From NCBI GenBank assembly GCA_964057225.1, contig OZ059894.1, positions 1,798,001 through 1,862,000 on the forward strand: a DNA stretch of 64,000 nucleotides. The letters are read 5' to 3'. Origin of the DNA: Auanema rhodensis. Taxonomy: Eukaryota; Animalia; Nematoda. The notes under the pieces were generated by a model. The model saw only the letters and a list, made by a program, of their open reading frames with translations. It did no database searches and was not told where the DNA came from. The translations under genes were made by a program, and so were the position numbers. The number at the start of each line of letters is the position of its first letter. Positions within the stretch are counted from its first letter, which is position 1. Positions 41,301-56,511 of the stretch are shown here, piece by piece.

Positions 41301-44300
41301 GTTTTTAGATTCCTTTTTTTAAGGCAATGACGACGGACAATGGTATTCAACGAAAAAATTAATTCTTCAGGGTGAAAATCGAGGATATAAGTGTGAACTT
41401 ATATCAGTTGATATCTCGGTGCATTTTTAAGCTAGCGCAAATCTGATAACACAGATCGACGCAGCTTGAAAATCCGCATCGAATGCACTATACTACTTTG
41501 AGAAACGCTTAATACAAAAATTAGTTATGATCGTTTGAAAAATGATGCATTAGTGTATGTTGAGTTTCCATGTACACTCAACATAGCTTCCAAAAACATT
41601 TTGACAAAAATTTTTTCGAAAAATTTCTAAATAATTTAGCAAAAAGTAGATGTTTTTAGATTCCTTTTTTTAAGGCAAAGACGATAGACAATGTTATTCA
41701 ACGAAAAAATTAATTCTTCAGGGTGAAAATCGAGGATATAAGTGTGAACTTATATCAGTTGATATCTCGGTGCATTTTTAAGCTAGCGCAAATCTGATAA
41801 CACAGATCGACGCAGCTTGAAAATCCGCATCGAATGCACTATACTACTTTGAGAAACGCTTAATACAAAAATTAGTTATGATCGTTTGAAAAATGATGCA
41901 TTAGTGTATGTTGAGTTTCCATGTACACTCAACATAGCTTCCAAAAACATTTTGACAAAAATTTTTTCGAAAAATTTCAAAATAATTTAGCAGAAAGTAG
42001 ATGTTTTTAGATTCCTTTTTTTAAGGCAAAGACGATAGACAATGTTATTCAACGAAAAAATTAATTCTTCAGGGTGAAAATCGAGGATATAAGTGTGAAC
42101 TTATATCACTTGATATCTCGGTGCATTTTTAAGCTAGCGCAAATCTGATAACACAGATCGACGCAGCTTGAAAATCCGCATCGAATGCACTATACTATTT
42201 TGAGAAACGCTTAATACAAAAATTAGTTATGATCGTTTGAAAAATGATGCATTAGTGTATGTTGAGTTTCCATGTACACTCAACATAGCTTCCAAAAACA
42301 TTTTGACAAAATTTTTTTCGAAAAATTTCAAAATAATTTAGCAGAAAGTAGATGTTTTTAGATTCCTTTTTTTAAGGCAATGACGACGGACAATGTTATT
42401 CAACGAAAAAATTAATTCTTCAGGGTGAAAATCGAGGATATAAGTGTGAACTTATATCAGTTGATATCTCGGTGCATTTTTAAGCTAGCGCAAATCTGAT
42501 AACACAGATCGACGCAGCTTGAAAATCCGCATCGAATGCACTATACTACTTTGAGAAACGCTTAATACAAAAATTAGTTATGATCGTTTGAAAAATGATG
42601 CATTAGTGTATGTTGAGTTTCCATGTACACTCAACATAGCTTCCAAAAACATTTTGACAAAAATTTTTTCGAAAAATTTCTAAATAATTTAGCAAAAAGT
42701 AGATGTTTTTAGATTCCTTTTTTTAAGGCAAAGACGATAGACAATGTTATTCAACGAAAAAATTAATTCTTCAGGGTGAAAATCGAGGATATAAGTGTGA
42801 ACTTATATCAGTTGATATCTCGGTGCATTTTTAAGCTAGCGCAATTCTGATAACACAGATCGACGCAGCTTGAAAATCCGCATCGAATGCACTATACTAC
42901 TTTGAGAAACGCTTAATACAAAAATTAGTTATGATCGTTTGAAAAATGATGCATTAGTGTATGTTGAGTTTCCATGTACACTCAACATAGCTTCCAAAAA
43001 CATTTTGACAAAAATTTTTTCGAAAAATTTCTAAATAATTTAGCAAAAAGTAGATGTTTTTAGATTCCTTTTTTTAAGGCAAAGACGATAGACAATGTTA
43101 TTCAACGAAAAAATTAATTCTTCAGGGTGAAAATCGAGGATATAAGTGTGAACTTATATCAGTTGATATCTCGGTGCATTTTTAAGCTAGCGCAAATCTG
43201 ATAACACAGATCGACGCAGCTTGAAAATCCGCATCGAATGCACTATACTACTTTGAGAAACGCTTAATACAAAAATTAGTTATGATCGTTTGAAAAATGA
43301 TGCATTAGTGTATGTTGAGTTTCCATGTACACTCAACATAGCTTCCAAAAACATTTTGACAAAAATTTTTTCGAAAAATTTCAAAATAATTTAGCAGAAA
43401 GTAGATGTTTTTAGATTCCTTTTTTTAAGGCAAAGACGATAGACAATGTTATTCAACGAAAAAATTAATTCTTCAGGGTGAAAATCGAGGATATAAGTGT
43501 GAACTTATATCACTTGATATCTCGGTGCATTTTTAAGCTAGCGCAAATCTGATAACACAGATCGACGCAGCTTGAAAATCCGCATCGAATGCACTATACT
43601 ACTTTGAGAAACGCTTAATACAAAAATTAGTTATGATCGTTTGAAAAATGATGCATTAGTGTATGTTGAGTTTCCATGTACACTCAACATAGCTTCCAAA
43701 AACATTTTGACAAAATTTTTTTCGAAAAATTTCAAAATAATTTAGCAGAAAGTAGATGTTTTTAGATTCCTTTTTTTAAGGCAATGACGACGGACAATGG
43801 TATTCAACGAAAAAATTAATTCTTCAGGGTGAAAATCGAGGATATAAGTGTGAACTTATATCAGTTGATATCTCGGTGCATTTTTAAGCTAGCGCAAATC
43901 TGATAACACAGATCGACGCAGCTTGAAAATCCGCATCGAATGCACTATACTACTTTGAGAAACGCTTAATACAAAAATTAGTTATGATCGTTTGAAAAAT
44001 GATGCATTAGTGTATGTTGAGTTTCCATGTACACTCAACATAGCTTCCAAAAACATTTTGACAAAAATTTTTTCGAAAAATTTCTAAATAATTTAGCAAA
44101 AAGTAGATGTTTTTAGATTCCTTTTTTTAAGGCAAAGACGATAGACAATGTTATTCAACGAAAAAATTAATTCTTCAGGGTGAAAATCGAGGATATAAGT
44201 GTGAACTTATATCAGTTGATATCTCGGTGCATTTTTAAGCTAGCGCAAATCTGATAACACAGATCGACGCAGCTTGAAAATCCGCATCGAATGCATTATA

Positions 44301-47034
44301 CTACTTTGAGAAACGCTTAATACAAAAATTAGTTATGATCGTTTGAAAAATGATGCATTAGTGTATGTTGAGTTTCCATGTACACTCAACATAGCTTCCA
44401 AAAACATTTTGACAAAAATTTTTTCGAAAAATTTCAAAATAATTTAGCAGAAAGTAGATGTTTTTAGATTCCTTTTTTTGAGGCGAAGACGATGCACATT
44501 GTTATTCAACGAAAAAATTAATTCTTCAGGGTGAAAATCGAGGATATAAGTGTGAACTTATATCAGTTGATATCTCGGTGCATTTTTAAGCTAGCGCAAA
44601 TCTGATAACACAGATCGACGCAGCTTGAAAATCCGCATCGAATGCACTATACTACATTGAGAAACGCTTAATACAAAAATTAGTTATGATCGTTTGAAAA
44701 ATGATGCATTAGTGTATGTTGAGTTTCCATGTACACTCAACATAGCTTCCAAAAACATTTTGACAAAATTTTTTTCGAAAAATTTCAAAATAATTTAGCA
44801 GAAAGTAGATGTTTTTAGATTCCTTTTTTTAAGGCAATGACGACGGACAATGTTATTCAACGAAAAAATTAATTCTTCAGGGTGAAAATCGAGGATATAA
44901 GTGTGAACTTATATCAGTTGATATCTCGGTGCATTTTTAAGCTAGCGCAAATCTGATAACACAGATCGACGCAGCTTGAAAATCCGCATCGAATGCACTA
45001 TACTACTTTGAGAAACGCTTAATACAAAAATTAGTTATGATCGTTTGAAAAATGATGCATTAGTGTATGTTGAGTTTCCATGTACACTCAACATAGCTTC
45101 CAAAAACATTTTGACAAAATTTTTTTCGAAAAATTTCAAAATAATTTAGCAGAAAGTAGATGTTTTTAGATTCCTTTTTTTAAGGCAATGACGACGGACA
45201 ATGTTATTCAACGAAAAAATTAATTCTTCAGGGTGAAAATCGAGGATATAAGTGTGAACTTATATCAGTTGATATCTCGGTGCATTTTTAAGCTAGCGCA
45301 AATCTGATAACACAGATCGACGCAGCTTGAAAATCCGCATCGAATGCACTATACTACTTTGAGAAACGCTTAATACAAAAATTAGTTATGATCGTTTGAA
45401 AAATGATGCATTAGTGTATGTTGAGTTTCCATGTACACTCAACATAGCTTCCAAAAACATTTTGACAAAAATTTTTTCGAAAAATTTCTAAATAATTTAG
45501 CAAAAAGTAGATGTTTTTAGATTCCTTTTTTTAAGGCAAAGACGATAGACAATGTTATTCAACGAAAAAATTAATTCTTCAGGGTGAAAATCGAGGATAT
45601 AAGTGTGAACTTATATCAGTTGATATCTCGGTGCATTTTTAAGCTAGCGCAATTCTGATAACACAGATCGACGCAGCTTGAAAATCCGCATCGAATGCAC
45701 TATACTACTTTGAGAAACGCTTAATACAAAAATTAGTTATGATCGTTTGAAAAATGATGCATTAGTGTATGTTGAGTTTCCATGTACACTCAACATAGCT
45801 TCCAAAAACATTTTGACAAAAATTTTTTCGAAAAATTTCTAAATAATTTAGCAAAAAGTAGATGTTTTTAGATTCCTTTTTTTAAGGCAAAGACGATAGA
45901 CAATGTTATTCAACGAAAAAATTAATTCTTCAGGGTGAAAATCGAGGATATAAGTGTGAACTTATATCAGTTGATATCTCGGTGCATTTTTAAGCTAGCG
46001 CAAATCTGATAACACAGATCGACGCAGCTTGAAAATCCGCATCGAATGCACTATACTACTTTGAGAAACGCTTAATACAAAAATTAGTTATGATCGTTTG
46101 AAAAATGATGCATTAGTGTATGTTGAGTTTCCATGTACACTCAACATAGCTTCCAAAAACATTTTGACAAAAATTTTTTCGAAAAATTTCAAAATAATTT
46201 AGCAGAAAGTAGATGTTTTTAGATTCCTTTTTTTAAGGCAAAGACGATAGACAATGTTATTCAACGAAAAAATTAATTCTTCAGGGTGAAAATCGAGGAT
46301 ATAAGTGTGAACTTATATCACTTGATATCTCGGTGCATTTTTAAGCTAGCGCAAATCTGATAACACAGATCGACGCAGCTTGAAAATCCGCATCGAATGC
46401 ACTATACTACTTTGAGAAACGCTTAATACAAAAATTAGTTATGATCGTTTGAAAAATGATGCATTAGTGTATGTTGAGTTTCCATGTACACTCAACATAG
46501 CTTCCAAAAACATTTTGACAAAATTTTTTTCGAAAAATTTCAAAATAATTTAGCAGAAAGTAGATGTTTTTAGATTCCTTTTTTTAAGGCAATGACGACG
46601 GACAATGGTATTCAACGAAAAAATTAATTCTTCAGGGTGAAAATCGAGGATATAAGTGTGAACTTATATCAGTTGATATCTCGGTGCATTTTTAAGCTAG
46701 CGCAAATCTGATAACACAGATCGACGCAGCTTGAAAATCCGCATCGAATGCACTATACTACTTTGAGAAACGCTTAATACAAAAATTAGTTATGATCGTT
46801 TGAAAAATGATGCATTAGTGTATGTTGAGTTTCCATGTACACTCAACATAGCTTCCAAAAACATTTTGACAAAAATTTTTTCGAAAAATTTCTAAATAAT
46901 TTAGCAAAAAGTAGATGTTTTTAGATTCCTTTTTTTAAGGCAAAGACGATAGACAATGTTATTCAACGAAAAAATTAATTCTTCAGGGTGAAAATCGAGG
47001 ATATAAGTGTGAACTTATATCAGTTGATATCTCG
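26326..47034. repeat. Homogeneous central domain built mainly on a ~1053-bp trimer of monomer types
   Basis: Recurring order: [TTCTAAA+GCAAAA+GATAG] - [GATAG+ATCACTTG] - [T192+GACGG, often CAATGAC], with frequent doubling of the first type. Confidence 0.8.
28783..33696. repeat. 2457-bp heptamer tandem duplication
   Basis: CTGTTAAC at 30916 and 33373, and AGTTTCC at 29726 and 32183, are both 2457 bp apart; monomer order matches in copies 83-89 and 90-96. Confidence 0.88.
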
Positions 47035-47736
47035 GTGCATTTTTAAGCTAGCGCAAATCTGATAACACAGATCGACGCAGCTTGAAAATCCGCATCGAAT
47101 GCATTATACTACTTTGAGAAACGCTTAATACAAAAATTAGTTATGATCGTTTGAAAAATGATGCATTAGTGTATGTTGAGTTTCCATGTACACTCAACAT
47201 AGCTTCCAAAAACATTTTGACAAAAATTTTTTCGAAAAATTTCAAAATAATTTAGCAGAAAGTAGATGTTTTTAGATTCCTTTTTTTGAGGCGAAGACGA
47301 TGCACATTGTTATTCAACGAAAAAATTAATTCTTCAGGGTGAAAATCGAGGATATAAGTGTGAACTTATATCAGTTGATATCTCGGTGCATTTTTAAGCT
47401 AGCGCAAATCTGATAACACAGATCGACGCAGCTTGAAAATCCGCATCGAATGCACTATACTACATTGAGAAACGCTTAATACAAAAATTAGTTATGATCG
47501 TTTGAAAAATGATGCATTAGTGTATGTTGAGTTTCCATGTACACTCAACATAGCTTCCAAAAACATTTTGACAAAAATTTTTTCGAAAAATTTCAAAATA
47601 ATTTAGCAGAAAGTAGATGTTTTTAGATTCCTTTTTTTAAGGCAAAGACGATGGACAATGTTATTCAACGAAAAAATTAATTCTTCAGGGTGAAAATCGA
47701 GGATATAAGTGTGAACTTATATCAGTTGATATCTCG
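42121..47736. repeat. 2808-bp octamer tandem duplication
   Basis: GCAATTCTG at 42845 and 45653, and GATGCACATT at 44495 and 47303, are both 2808 bp apart. Confidence 0.88.
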
Positions 47737-50700
47737 GTGCATTTTTAAGCTAGCGCAAATCTGATAACACAGATCGACGCAGCTTGAAAATCTGCATCGA
47801 ATGCACTATACTACTTTGAGAAACGCTTAATACAAAAATTAGTTATGATCGTTTGAAAAATGATGCATTAGTGTATGTTGAGTTTCCATGTACACTCAAC
47901 ATAGCTTCCAAAAACATTTTGACAAAAATTTTTTCGAAAAATTTCAAAATAATTTAGCAAAAAGTAGATGTTTTTAGATTCCTTTTTTCAAGGCAAAGAC
48001 GATGGACAATGTTATTCAACGAAAAAATTAATTCTTCAGGGTGAAAATCGAGGATATAAGTGTGAACTTATATCAGTTGATATCTCGGTGCATTTTTAAG
48101 CTAGCGCAAATCTGATAACACAGATCGACGCAGCTTGAAAATCCGCATCGAATGCATTATACTACTTTGAGAAACGCTTAATACAAAAATTAGTTATGAT
48201 CGTTTGAAAAATGATGCATTAGTGTATGTTGAGTTTCCATGTACACTCAACATAGCTTCCAAAAACATTTTGACAAAAATTTTTTCGAAAAATTTAAAAA
48301 TAATTTAGCAGAAAGTAGATGTTTTTAGATTCCTTTTTTTAAGGCGAAGACGATGGACATTGTTATTCAACGAAAAAATTAATTCTTCAGGGTGAAAATC
48401 GAGGATATAAGTGTGAACTTATATCAGTTGATATCTCGGTGCATTTTTAAGCTAGCGCAAATCTGATAACACAGATCGACGCAGCTTGAAAATCCGCATC
48501 GAATGCACTATACTACATTGAGAAACGCTTAATACAAAAATTAGTTATGATCGTTTGAAAAATGATGCATTAGTGTATGTTGAGTTTCCATGTACACTCA
48601 ACATAGCTTCCAAAAACATTTTGACAAAAATTTTTTCGAAAAATTTCAAAATAATTTAGCAGAAAGTAGATGTTTTTAGATTCCTTTTTTTAAGGCAAAG
48701 ACGATGGACAATGTTATTCAACGAAAAAATTAATTCTTCAGGGTGAAAATCGAGGATATAAGTGTGAACTTATATCAGTTGATATCTCGGTGCATTTTTA
48801 AGCTAGCGCAAATCTGATAACACAGATCGACGCAGCTTGAAAATCCGCATCGAATGCACTATACTACTTTGAGAAACGCTTAATACAAAAATTAGTTATG
48901 ATCGTTTGAAAAATGATGCATTAGTGTATGTTGAGTTTCCATGTACACTCAACATAGCTTCCAAAAACATTTTGACAAAAATTTTTTCGAAAAATTTCAA
49001 AATAATTTAGCAAAAAGTAGATGTTTTTAGATTCCTTTTTTCAAGGCAAAGACGATGGACAATGTTATTCAACGAAAAAATTAATTCTTCAGGGTGAAAA
49101 TCGAGGATATAAGTGTGAACTTATATCAGTTGATATCTCGGTGCATTTTTAAGCTAGCGCAAATCTGATAACACAGATCGACGCAGCTTGAAAATCTGCA
49201 TCGAATGCACTATACTACTTTGAGAAACGCTTAATACAAAAATTAGTTATGATCGTTTGAAAAATGATGCATTAGTGTATGTTGAGTTTCCATGTACACT
49301 CAACATAGCTTCCAAAAACATTTTGACAAAAATTTTTTCGAAAAATTTCAAAATAATTTAGCAAAAAGTAGATGTTTTTAGATTCCTTTTTTCAAGGCAA
49401 AGACGATGGACAATGTTATTCAACGAAAAAATTAATTCTTCAGGGTGAAAATCGAGGATATAAGTGTGAACTTATATCAGTTGATATCTCGGTGCATTTT
49501 TAAGCTAGCGCAAATCTGATAACACAGATCGACGCAGCTTGAAAATCCGCATCGAATGCACTATACTACTTTGAGAAACGCTTAATACAAAAATTAGTTA
49601 TGATCGTTTGAAAAATGATGCATTAGTGTATGTTGAGTTTCCATGTACACTCAACATAGCTTCCAAAAACATTTTGACAAAAATTTTTTCGAAAAATTTC
49701 TAAATAATTTAGCAAAAAGTAGATGTTTTTAGATTCCTTTTTTTAAGGCAAAGACGATAGACAATGTTATTCAACGAAAAAATTAATTCTTCAGGGTGAA
49801 AATCGAGGATATAAGTGTGAACTTATATCAGTTGATATCTCGGTGCATTTTTAAGCTAGCGCAAATCTGATAACACAGATCGACGCAGCTTGAAAATCTG
49901 CATCGAATGCACTATACTACTTTGAGAAACGCTTAATACAAAAATTAGTTATGATCGTTTGAAAAATGATGCATTAGTGTATGTTGAGTTTCCATGTACA
50001 CTCAACATAGCTTCCAAAAACATTTTGACAAAAATTTTTTCGAAAAATTTCAAAATAATTTAGCAAAAAGTAGATGTTTTTAGATTCCTTTTTTCAAGGC
50101 AAAGACGATGGACAATGTTATTCAACGAAAAAATTAATTCTTCAGGGTGAAAATCGAGGATATAAGTGTGAACTTATATCAGTTGATATCTCGGTGCATT
50201 TTTAAGCTAGCGCAAATCTGATAACACAGATCGACGCAGCTTGAAAATCCGCATCGAATGCACTATACTACTTTGAGAAACGCTTAATACAAAAATTAGT
50301 TATGATCGTTTGAAAAATGATGCATTAGTGTATGTTGAGTTTCCATGTACACTCAACATAGCTTCCAAAAACATTTTGACAAAAATTTTTTCGAAAAATT
50401 TCTAAATAATTTAGCAAAAAGTAGATGTTTTTAGATTCCTTTTTTTAAGGCAAAGACGATAGACAATGTTATTCAACGAAAAAATTAATTCTTCAGGGTG
50501 AAAATCGAGGATATAAGTGTGAACTTATATCAGTTGATATCTCGGTGCATTTTTAAGCTAGCGCAAATCTGATAACACAGATCGACGCAGCTTGAAAATC
50601 CGCATCGAATGCATTATACTACTTTGAGAAACGCTTAATACAAAAATTAGTTATGATCGTTTGAAAAATGATGCATTAGTGTATGTTGAGTTTCCATGTA

Positions 50701-53700
50701 CACTCAACATAGCTTCCAAAAACATTTTGACAAAAATTTTTTCGAAAAATTTCAAAATAATTTAGCAGAAAGTAGATGTTTTTAGATTCCTTTTTTTGAG
50801 GCGAAGACGATGGACATTGTTATTCAACGAAAAAATTAATTCTTCAGGGTGAAAATCGAGGATATAAGTGTGAACTTATATCAGTTGATATCTCGGTGCA
50901 TTTTTAAGCTAGCGCAAATCTGATAACACAGATCGACGCAGCTTGAAAATCCGCATCGAATGCACTATACTACATTGAGAAACGCTTAATACAAAAATTA
51001 GTTATGATCGTTTGAAAAATGATGCATTAGTGTATGTTGAGTTTCCATGTACACTCAACATAGCTTCCAAAAACATTTTGACAAAAATTTTTTCGAAAAA
51101 TTTCAAAATAATTTAGCAGAAAGTAGATGTTTTTAGATTCCTTTTTTTAAGGCAAAGACGATGGACAATGTTATTCAACGAAAAAATTAATTCTTCAGGG
51201 TGAAAATCGAGGATATAAGTGTGAACTTATATCAGTTGATATCTCGGTGCATTTTTAAGCTAGCGCAAATCTGATAACACAGATCGACGCAGCTTGAAAA
51301 TCTGCATCGAATGCACTATACTACTTTGAGAAACGCTTAATACAAAAATTAGTTATGATCGTTTGAAAAATGATGCATTAGTGTATGTTGAGTTTCCATG
51401 TACACTCAACATAGCTTCCAAAAACATTTTGACAAAAATTTTTTCGAAAAATTTCAAAATAATTTAGCAAAAAGTAGATGTTTTTAGATTCCTTTTTTCA
51501 AGGCAAAGACGATGGACAATGTTATTCAACGAAAAAATTAATTCTTCAGGGTGAAAATCGAGGATATAAGTGTGAACTTATATCAGTTGATATCTCGGTG
51601 CATTTTTAAGCTAGCGCAAATCTGATAACACAGATCGACGCAGCTTGAAAATCCGCATCGAATGCATTATACTACTTTGAGAAACGCTTAATACAAAAAT
51701 TAGTTATGATCGTTTGAAAAATGATGCATTAGTGTATGTTGAGTTTCCATGTACACTCAACATAGCTTCCAAAAACATTTTGACAAAAATTTTTTCGAAA
51801 AATTTCAAAATAATTTAGCAGAAAGTAGATGTTTTTAGATTCCTTTTTTTAAGGCGAAGACGATGGACATTGTTATTCAACGAAAAAATTAATTCTTCAG
51901 GGTGAAAATCGAGGATATAAGTGTGAACTTATATCAGTTGATATCTCGGTGCATTTTTAAGCTAGCGCAAATCTGATAACACAGATCGACGCAGCTTGAA
52001 AATCCGCATCGAATGCACTATACTACATTGAGAAACGCTTAATACAAAAATTAGTTATGATCGTTTGAAAAATGATGCATTAGTGTATGTTGAGTTTCCA
52101 TGTACACTCAACATAGCTTCCAAAAACATTTTGACAAAAATTTTTTCGAAAAATTTCAAAATAATTTAGCAGAAAGTAGATGTTTTTAGATTCCTTTTTT
52201 TAAGGCAAAGACGATGGACAATGTTATTCAACGAAAAAATTAATTCTTCAGGGTGAAAATCGAGGATATAAGTGTGAACTTATATCAGTTGATATCTCGG
52301 TGCATTTTTAAGCTAGCGCAAATCTGATAACACAGATCGACGCAGCTTGAAAATCCGCATCGAATGCACTATACTACTTTGAGAAACGCTTAATACAAAA
52401 ATTAGTTATGATCGTTTGAAAAATGATGCATTAGTGTATGTTGAGTTTCCATGTACACTCAACATAGCTTCCAAAAACATTTTGACAAAAATTTTTTCGA
52501 AAAATTTCAAAATAATTTAGCAAAAAGTAGATGTTTTTGGATTCCTTTTTTCAAGGCAAAGACGATGGACAATGTTATTCAACGAAAAAATTAATTCTTC
52601 AGGGTGAAAATCGAGGATATAAGTGTGAACTTATATCAGTTGATATCTCGGTGCATTTTTAAGCTAGCGCAAATCTGATAACACAGATCGACGCAGCTTG
52701 AAAATCCGCATCGAATGCACTATACTACTTTGAGAAACGCTTAATACAAAAATTAGTTATGATCGTTTGAAAAATGATGCATTAGTGTATGTTGAGTTTC
52801 CATGTACACTCAACATAGCTTCCAAAAACATTTTGACAAAAATTTTTTCGAAAAATTTCAAAATAATTTAGCAAAAAGTAGACGTTTTTAGATTCCTTTT
52901 TTCAAGGCAAAGACGATGGACAATGTTATTCAACGAAAAAATTAATTCTTCAGGGTGAAAATCGAGGATATAAGTGTGAACTTATATCAGTTGATATCTC
53001 GGTGCATTTTTAAGCTAGCGCAAATCTGATAACACAGATCGACGCAGCTTGAAAATCCGCATCGAATGCACTATACTACTTTGAGAAACGCTTAATACAA
53101 AAATTAGTTATGATCGTTTGAAAAATGATGCATTAGTGTATGTTGAGTTTCCATGTACACTCAACATTGCTTCCAAAAACATTTTGACAAAAATTTTTTC
53201 GAAAAATTTCAAATTAATTTAGCAGAAAGTATATGTTTTTAGATTCCTTTTCTCAAGGCAAAGACGATGGACAATGTTATTCAACGAAAAAATTAATTCT
53301 TCAGGGTGAAAATCGAGGATATATGTGTGAATTTATATCAGTTGATATCTCGGTGCATTTTTAAGCTAGCGCAAATCTGATAACACAGATCGACGCAGCT
53401 TGAAAATCCGCATTGAATGCACTATACTACATTGAGGAACGCTTAATACAAAAATTAGTTATGATCGTTTGAAAAATGATGCATTAGTGTATGTTGAGTT
53501 TCCATGTACACTCAACATAGCTTCCAAAAACATTTTGACAAAAATTTTTTCGAAAAATTTCAAAATAATTTAGCAGAAAGTAGATGTTTTTAGATTCCTT
53601 TTTTTAAGGCAAAGACGATGGACAATGTTATTCAACGAAAAAATTAATTCTTCAGGGTGAAAATCGAGGATATAAGTGTGAACTTATATCAGTTGATATC

Positions 53701-56511
53701 TCGGTGCATTTTTAAGCTAGCGCAAATCTGATAACACAGATCGACGCAGCTTGAAAATCCGCATCGAATGCACTATACTACATTGAGGAACGCTTAATAC
53801 AAAAATTAGTTATGATCGTTTGAAAAATGATGCATTAGTGTATGTTTAGTTTCCATGTACACTCAACATAGCTTCCAAAAACATTTTGACAAAATTTTTT
53901 TCGAAAAATTTCAAAATAATTTAGCAGAAAGTAGATGTTTTTAGATTCCTTTTTTTAAGGCAAAGACGACGGACAATGTTATTCAACGAAAAAATTAATT
54001 CTTCAGGGTGAAAATCGAGGATATAAGTGTGAACTTATATCAGTTGATATCTCGGTGCATTTTTAAGCTAGCGCAAATCTGATAACACAGATCGACGCAG
54101 CTTGAAAATCCGCATCGAATGCACTATACTACTTTGAGAAACGCTTAATACAAAAATTAGTTATGATCGTTTGAAAAATGATGCATTAGTGTATGTTGAG
54201 TTTCCATGTACACTCAACATAGCTTCCAAAAACATTTTGACAAAAATTTTTTCGAAAAATTTCAAAATAATTTAGCAGAAAGTAGATGTTTTTAGATTCC
54301 TTTTTTCAAGGCAAAGACGATGGACAATGTTATTCAACGAAAAAATTAATTCTTCAGGGTGAAAATCGAGGATATAAGTGTGAACTTATATCAGTTGATA
54401 TCTCGGTGCATTTTTAAGCTAGCGCAAATCTGATAACACAGATCGACGCAGCTTGAAAATCCGCATCGAATGCACTATACTACATTGAGGAACGCTTAAT
54501 ACAAAAATTAGTTATGATCGTTTGAAAAATGATGCATTAGTGTATGTTGAGTTTCCATGTACACTCAACATAGCTTCCAAAAACATTTTGACAAAAATTT
54601 TTTCGAAAAATTTCCAGATAATTTAGCAGAAAGTAGATGTTTTTAGATTCCTTTTTTCAAGGCAAAGACGATGGACAATGTTATTCAACGAAAAAATTAA
54701 TTCTTCAGGGTGAAAATCGAGGATATAAGTGTGAATTTATATCAGTTGATATCTCGGTGCATTTTTAAGCTAGCGCAAATCTGATAACACAGATCGACGC
54801 AGCTTGAAAATCCGCATTGAATGCACTATACTTCATTGAAGAACGCTTAATACAAAAATTAGTTATGATCGTTTGAAAAATGATGCATTAGTGTATGTTG
54901 AGTTTCCATATACACTCAACATAGCTTCCAAAAACATTTTGACAAAAATTTTTTCGAAAAATTTCAAAATAATTTAGCAGAAAGTAGATGTTTTTAGATT
55001 CCTTTTTTTAAGGCAAAGACGATGGACAATGTTATTCAACGAAAAAATTAATTCTTCAGGGTGAAAATCGAGGATATAAGTGTGAACTTATATCAGTTGA
55101 TATCTCGGTGCATTTTTAAGCTAGCGCAAATCTGATAACACAGATCGACGCAGCTTGAAAATCCGCATCGAATGCACTATACTACATTGAGGAACGCTTA
55201 ATACAAAAATTAGTTATGATCGTTTGAAAAATGATGCATTAGTGTATGTTCAGTTTCCATGTACACTCAACATAGCTTCCAAAAACATTTTGACAAAAAT
55301 TTTTTCGAAAAATTTCAAAATAATTTAGCAGAAAGTAGATGTTTTTAGATTCCTTTTTTTAAGGCAAAGACGATGGACAATGTTATTCAACGAAAAAATT
55401 AATTCTTCAGGGTGAAAATCGAGGATATAAGTGTGAACTTATATCAGTTGATATCTCGGTGCATTTTTAAGCTAGCGCAAATTTGATAACACAGATCGAC
55501 GCAGCTTGAAAATCCGCATCGAATGCACTATACTACATTGAGGAACGCTTAATACAAAAATTAGTTATGATCGTTTGAAAAATGATGCATTAGTGTATGT
55601 TGAGTTTCCATGTACACTCAACATAGCTTCCAAAAACATTTTGACAAAAATTTTTTCGAAAAATTTCAAAATAATTTAGCAGAAAGTAGATGTTTTTAGA
55701 TTCCTTTTTTTAAGGCAAAGACGATGGACAATGTTATTCAACGAAAAAATTAATTCTTCAGGGTGAAAATCGAGGATATAAGTGTGAATTTATATCAGTT
55801 GATATCTCGGTGCATTTTTAAGCTAGCGCAAATCTGATAACACAGATCGACGCAGCTTGAAAATCCGCATTGAATGCACTATACTTCATTGAGGAACGCT
55901 TAATACAAAAATTAGTTATGATCGTTTGAAAAATGATGCATTAGTGTATGTTGAGTTTCCATGTACACTCAACATAGCTTCCAAAAACATTTTGACAAAA
56001 ATTTTTTCGAAAAATTTCAAAATAATTTAGCAGAAAGTAGATGTTTTCAGATTTCTTTTTTTAAGGCAAAGACGATGGACAATGTTATTCAACGAAAAAA
56101 TTAATTCTTCAGGGTGAAAATCGAGGATATAAGTGTGAACTTATATCAGTTGATATCTCGGTGCATTTTTAAGCTAGCGCAAATCTGATAACACAGATCG
56201 ACGCAGCTTGAAAATCCGCATCGAATGCACTATACTACATTGAGGAACGCTTAATACAAAAATTAGTTATGATCGTTTGAAAAATGATGCATTAGTGTAT
56301 GTTCAGTTTCCATGTACACTCAACATAGCTTCCAAAAACATTTTGACAAAAATTTTTTCGAAAAATTTCAAAATAATTTAGCAGAAAGTAGATGTTTTTA
56401 GATTCCTTTTTTTAAGGCAAAGACGATGGACAATGTTATTCAACGAAAAAATTAATTCTTCAGGGTGAAAATCGAGGATATAAGTGTGAACTTATATCAG
56501 TTGATATCTCG

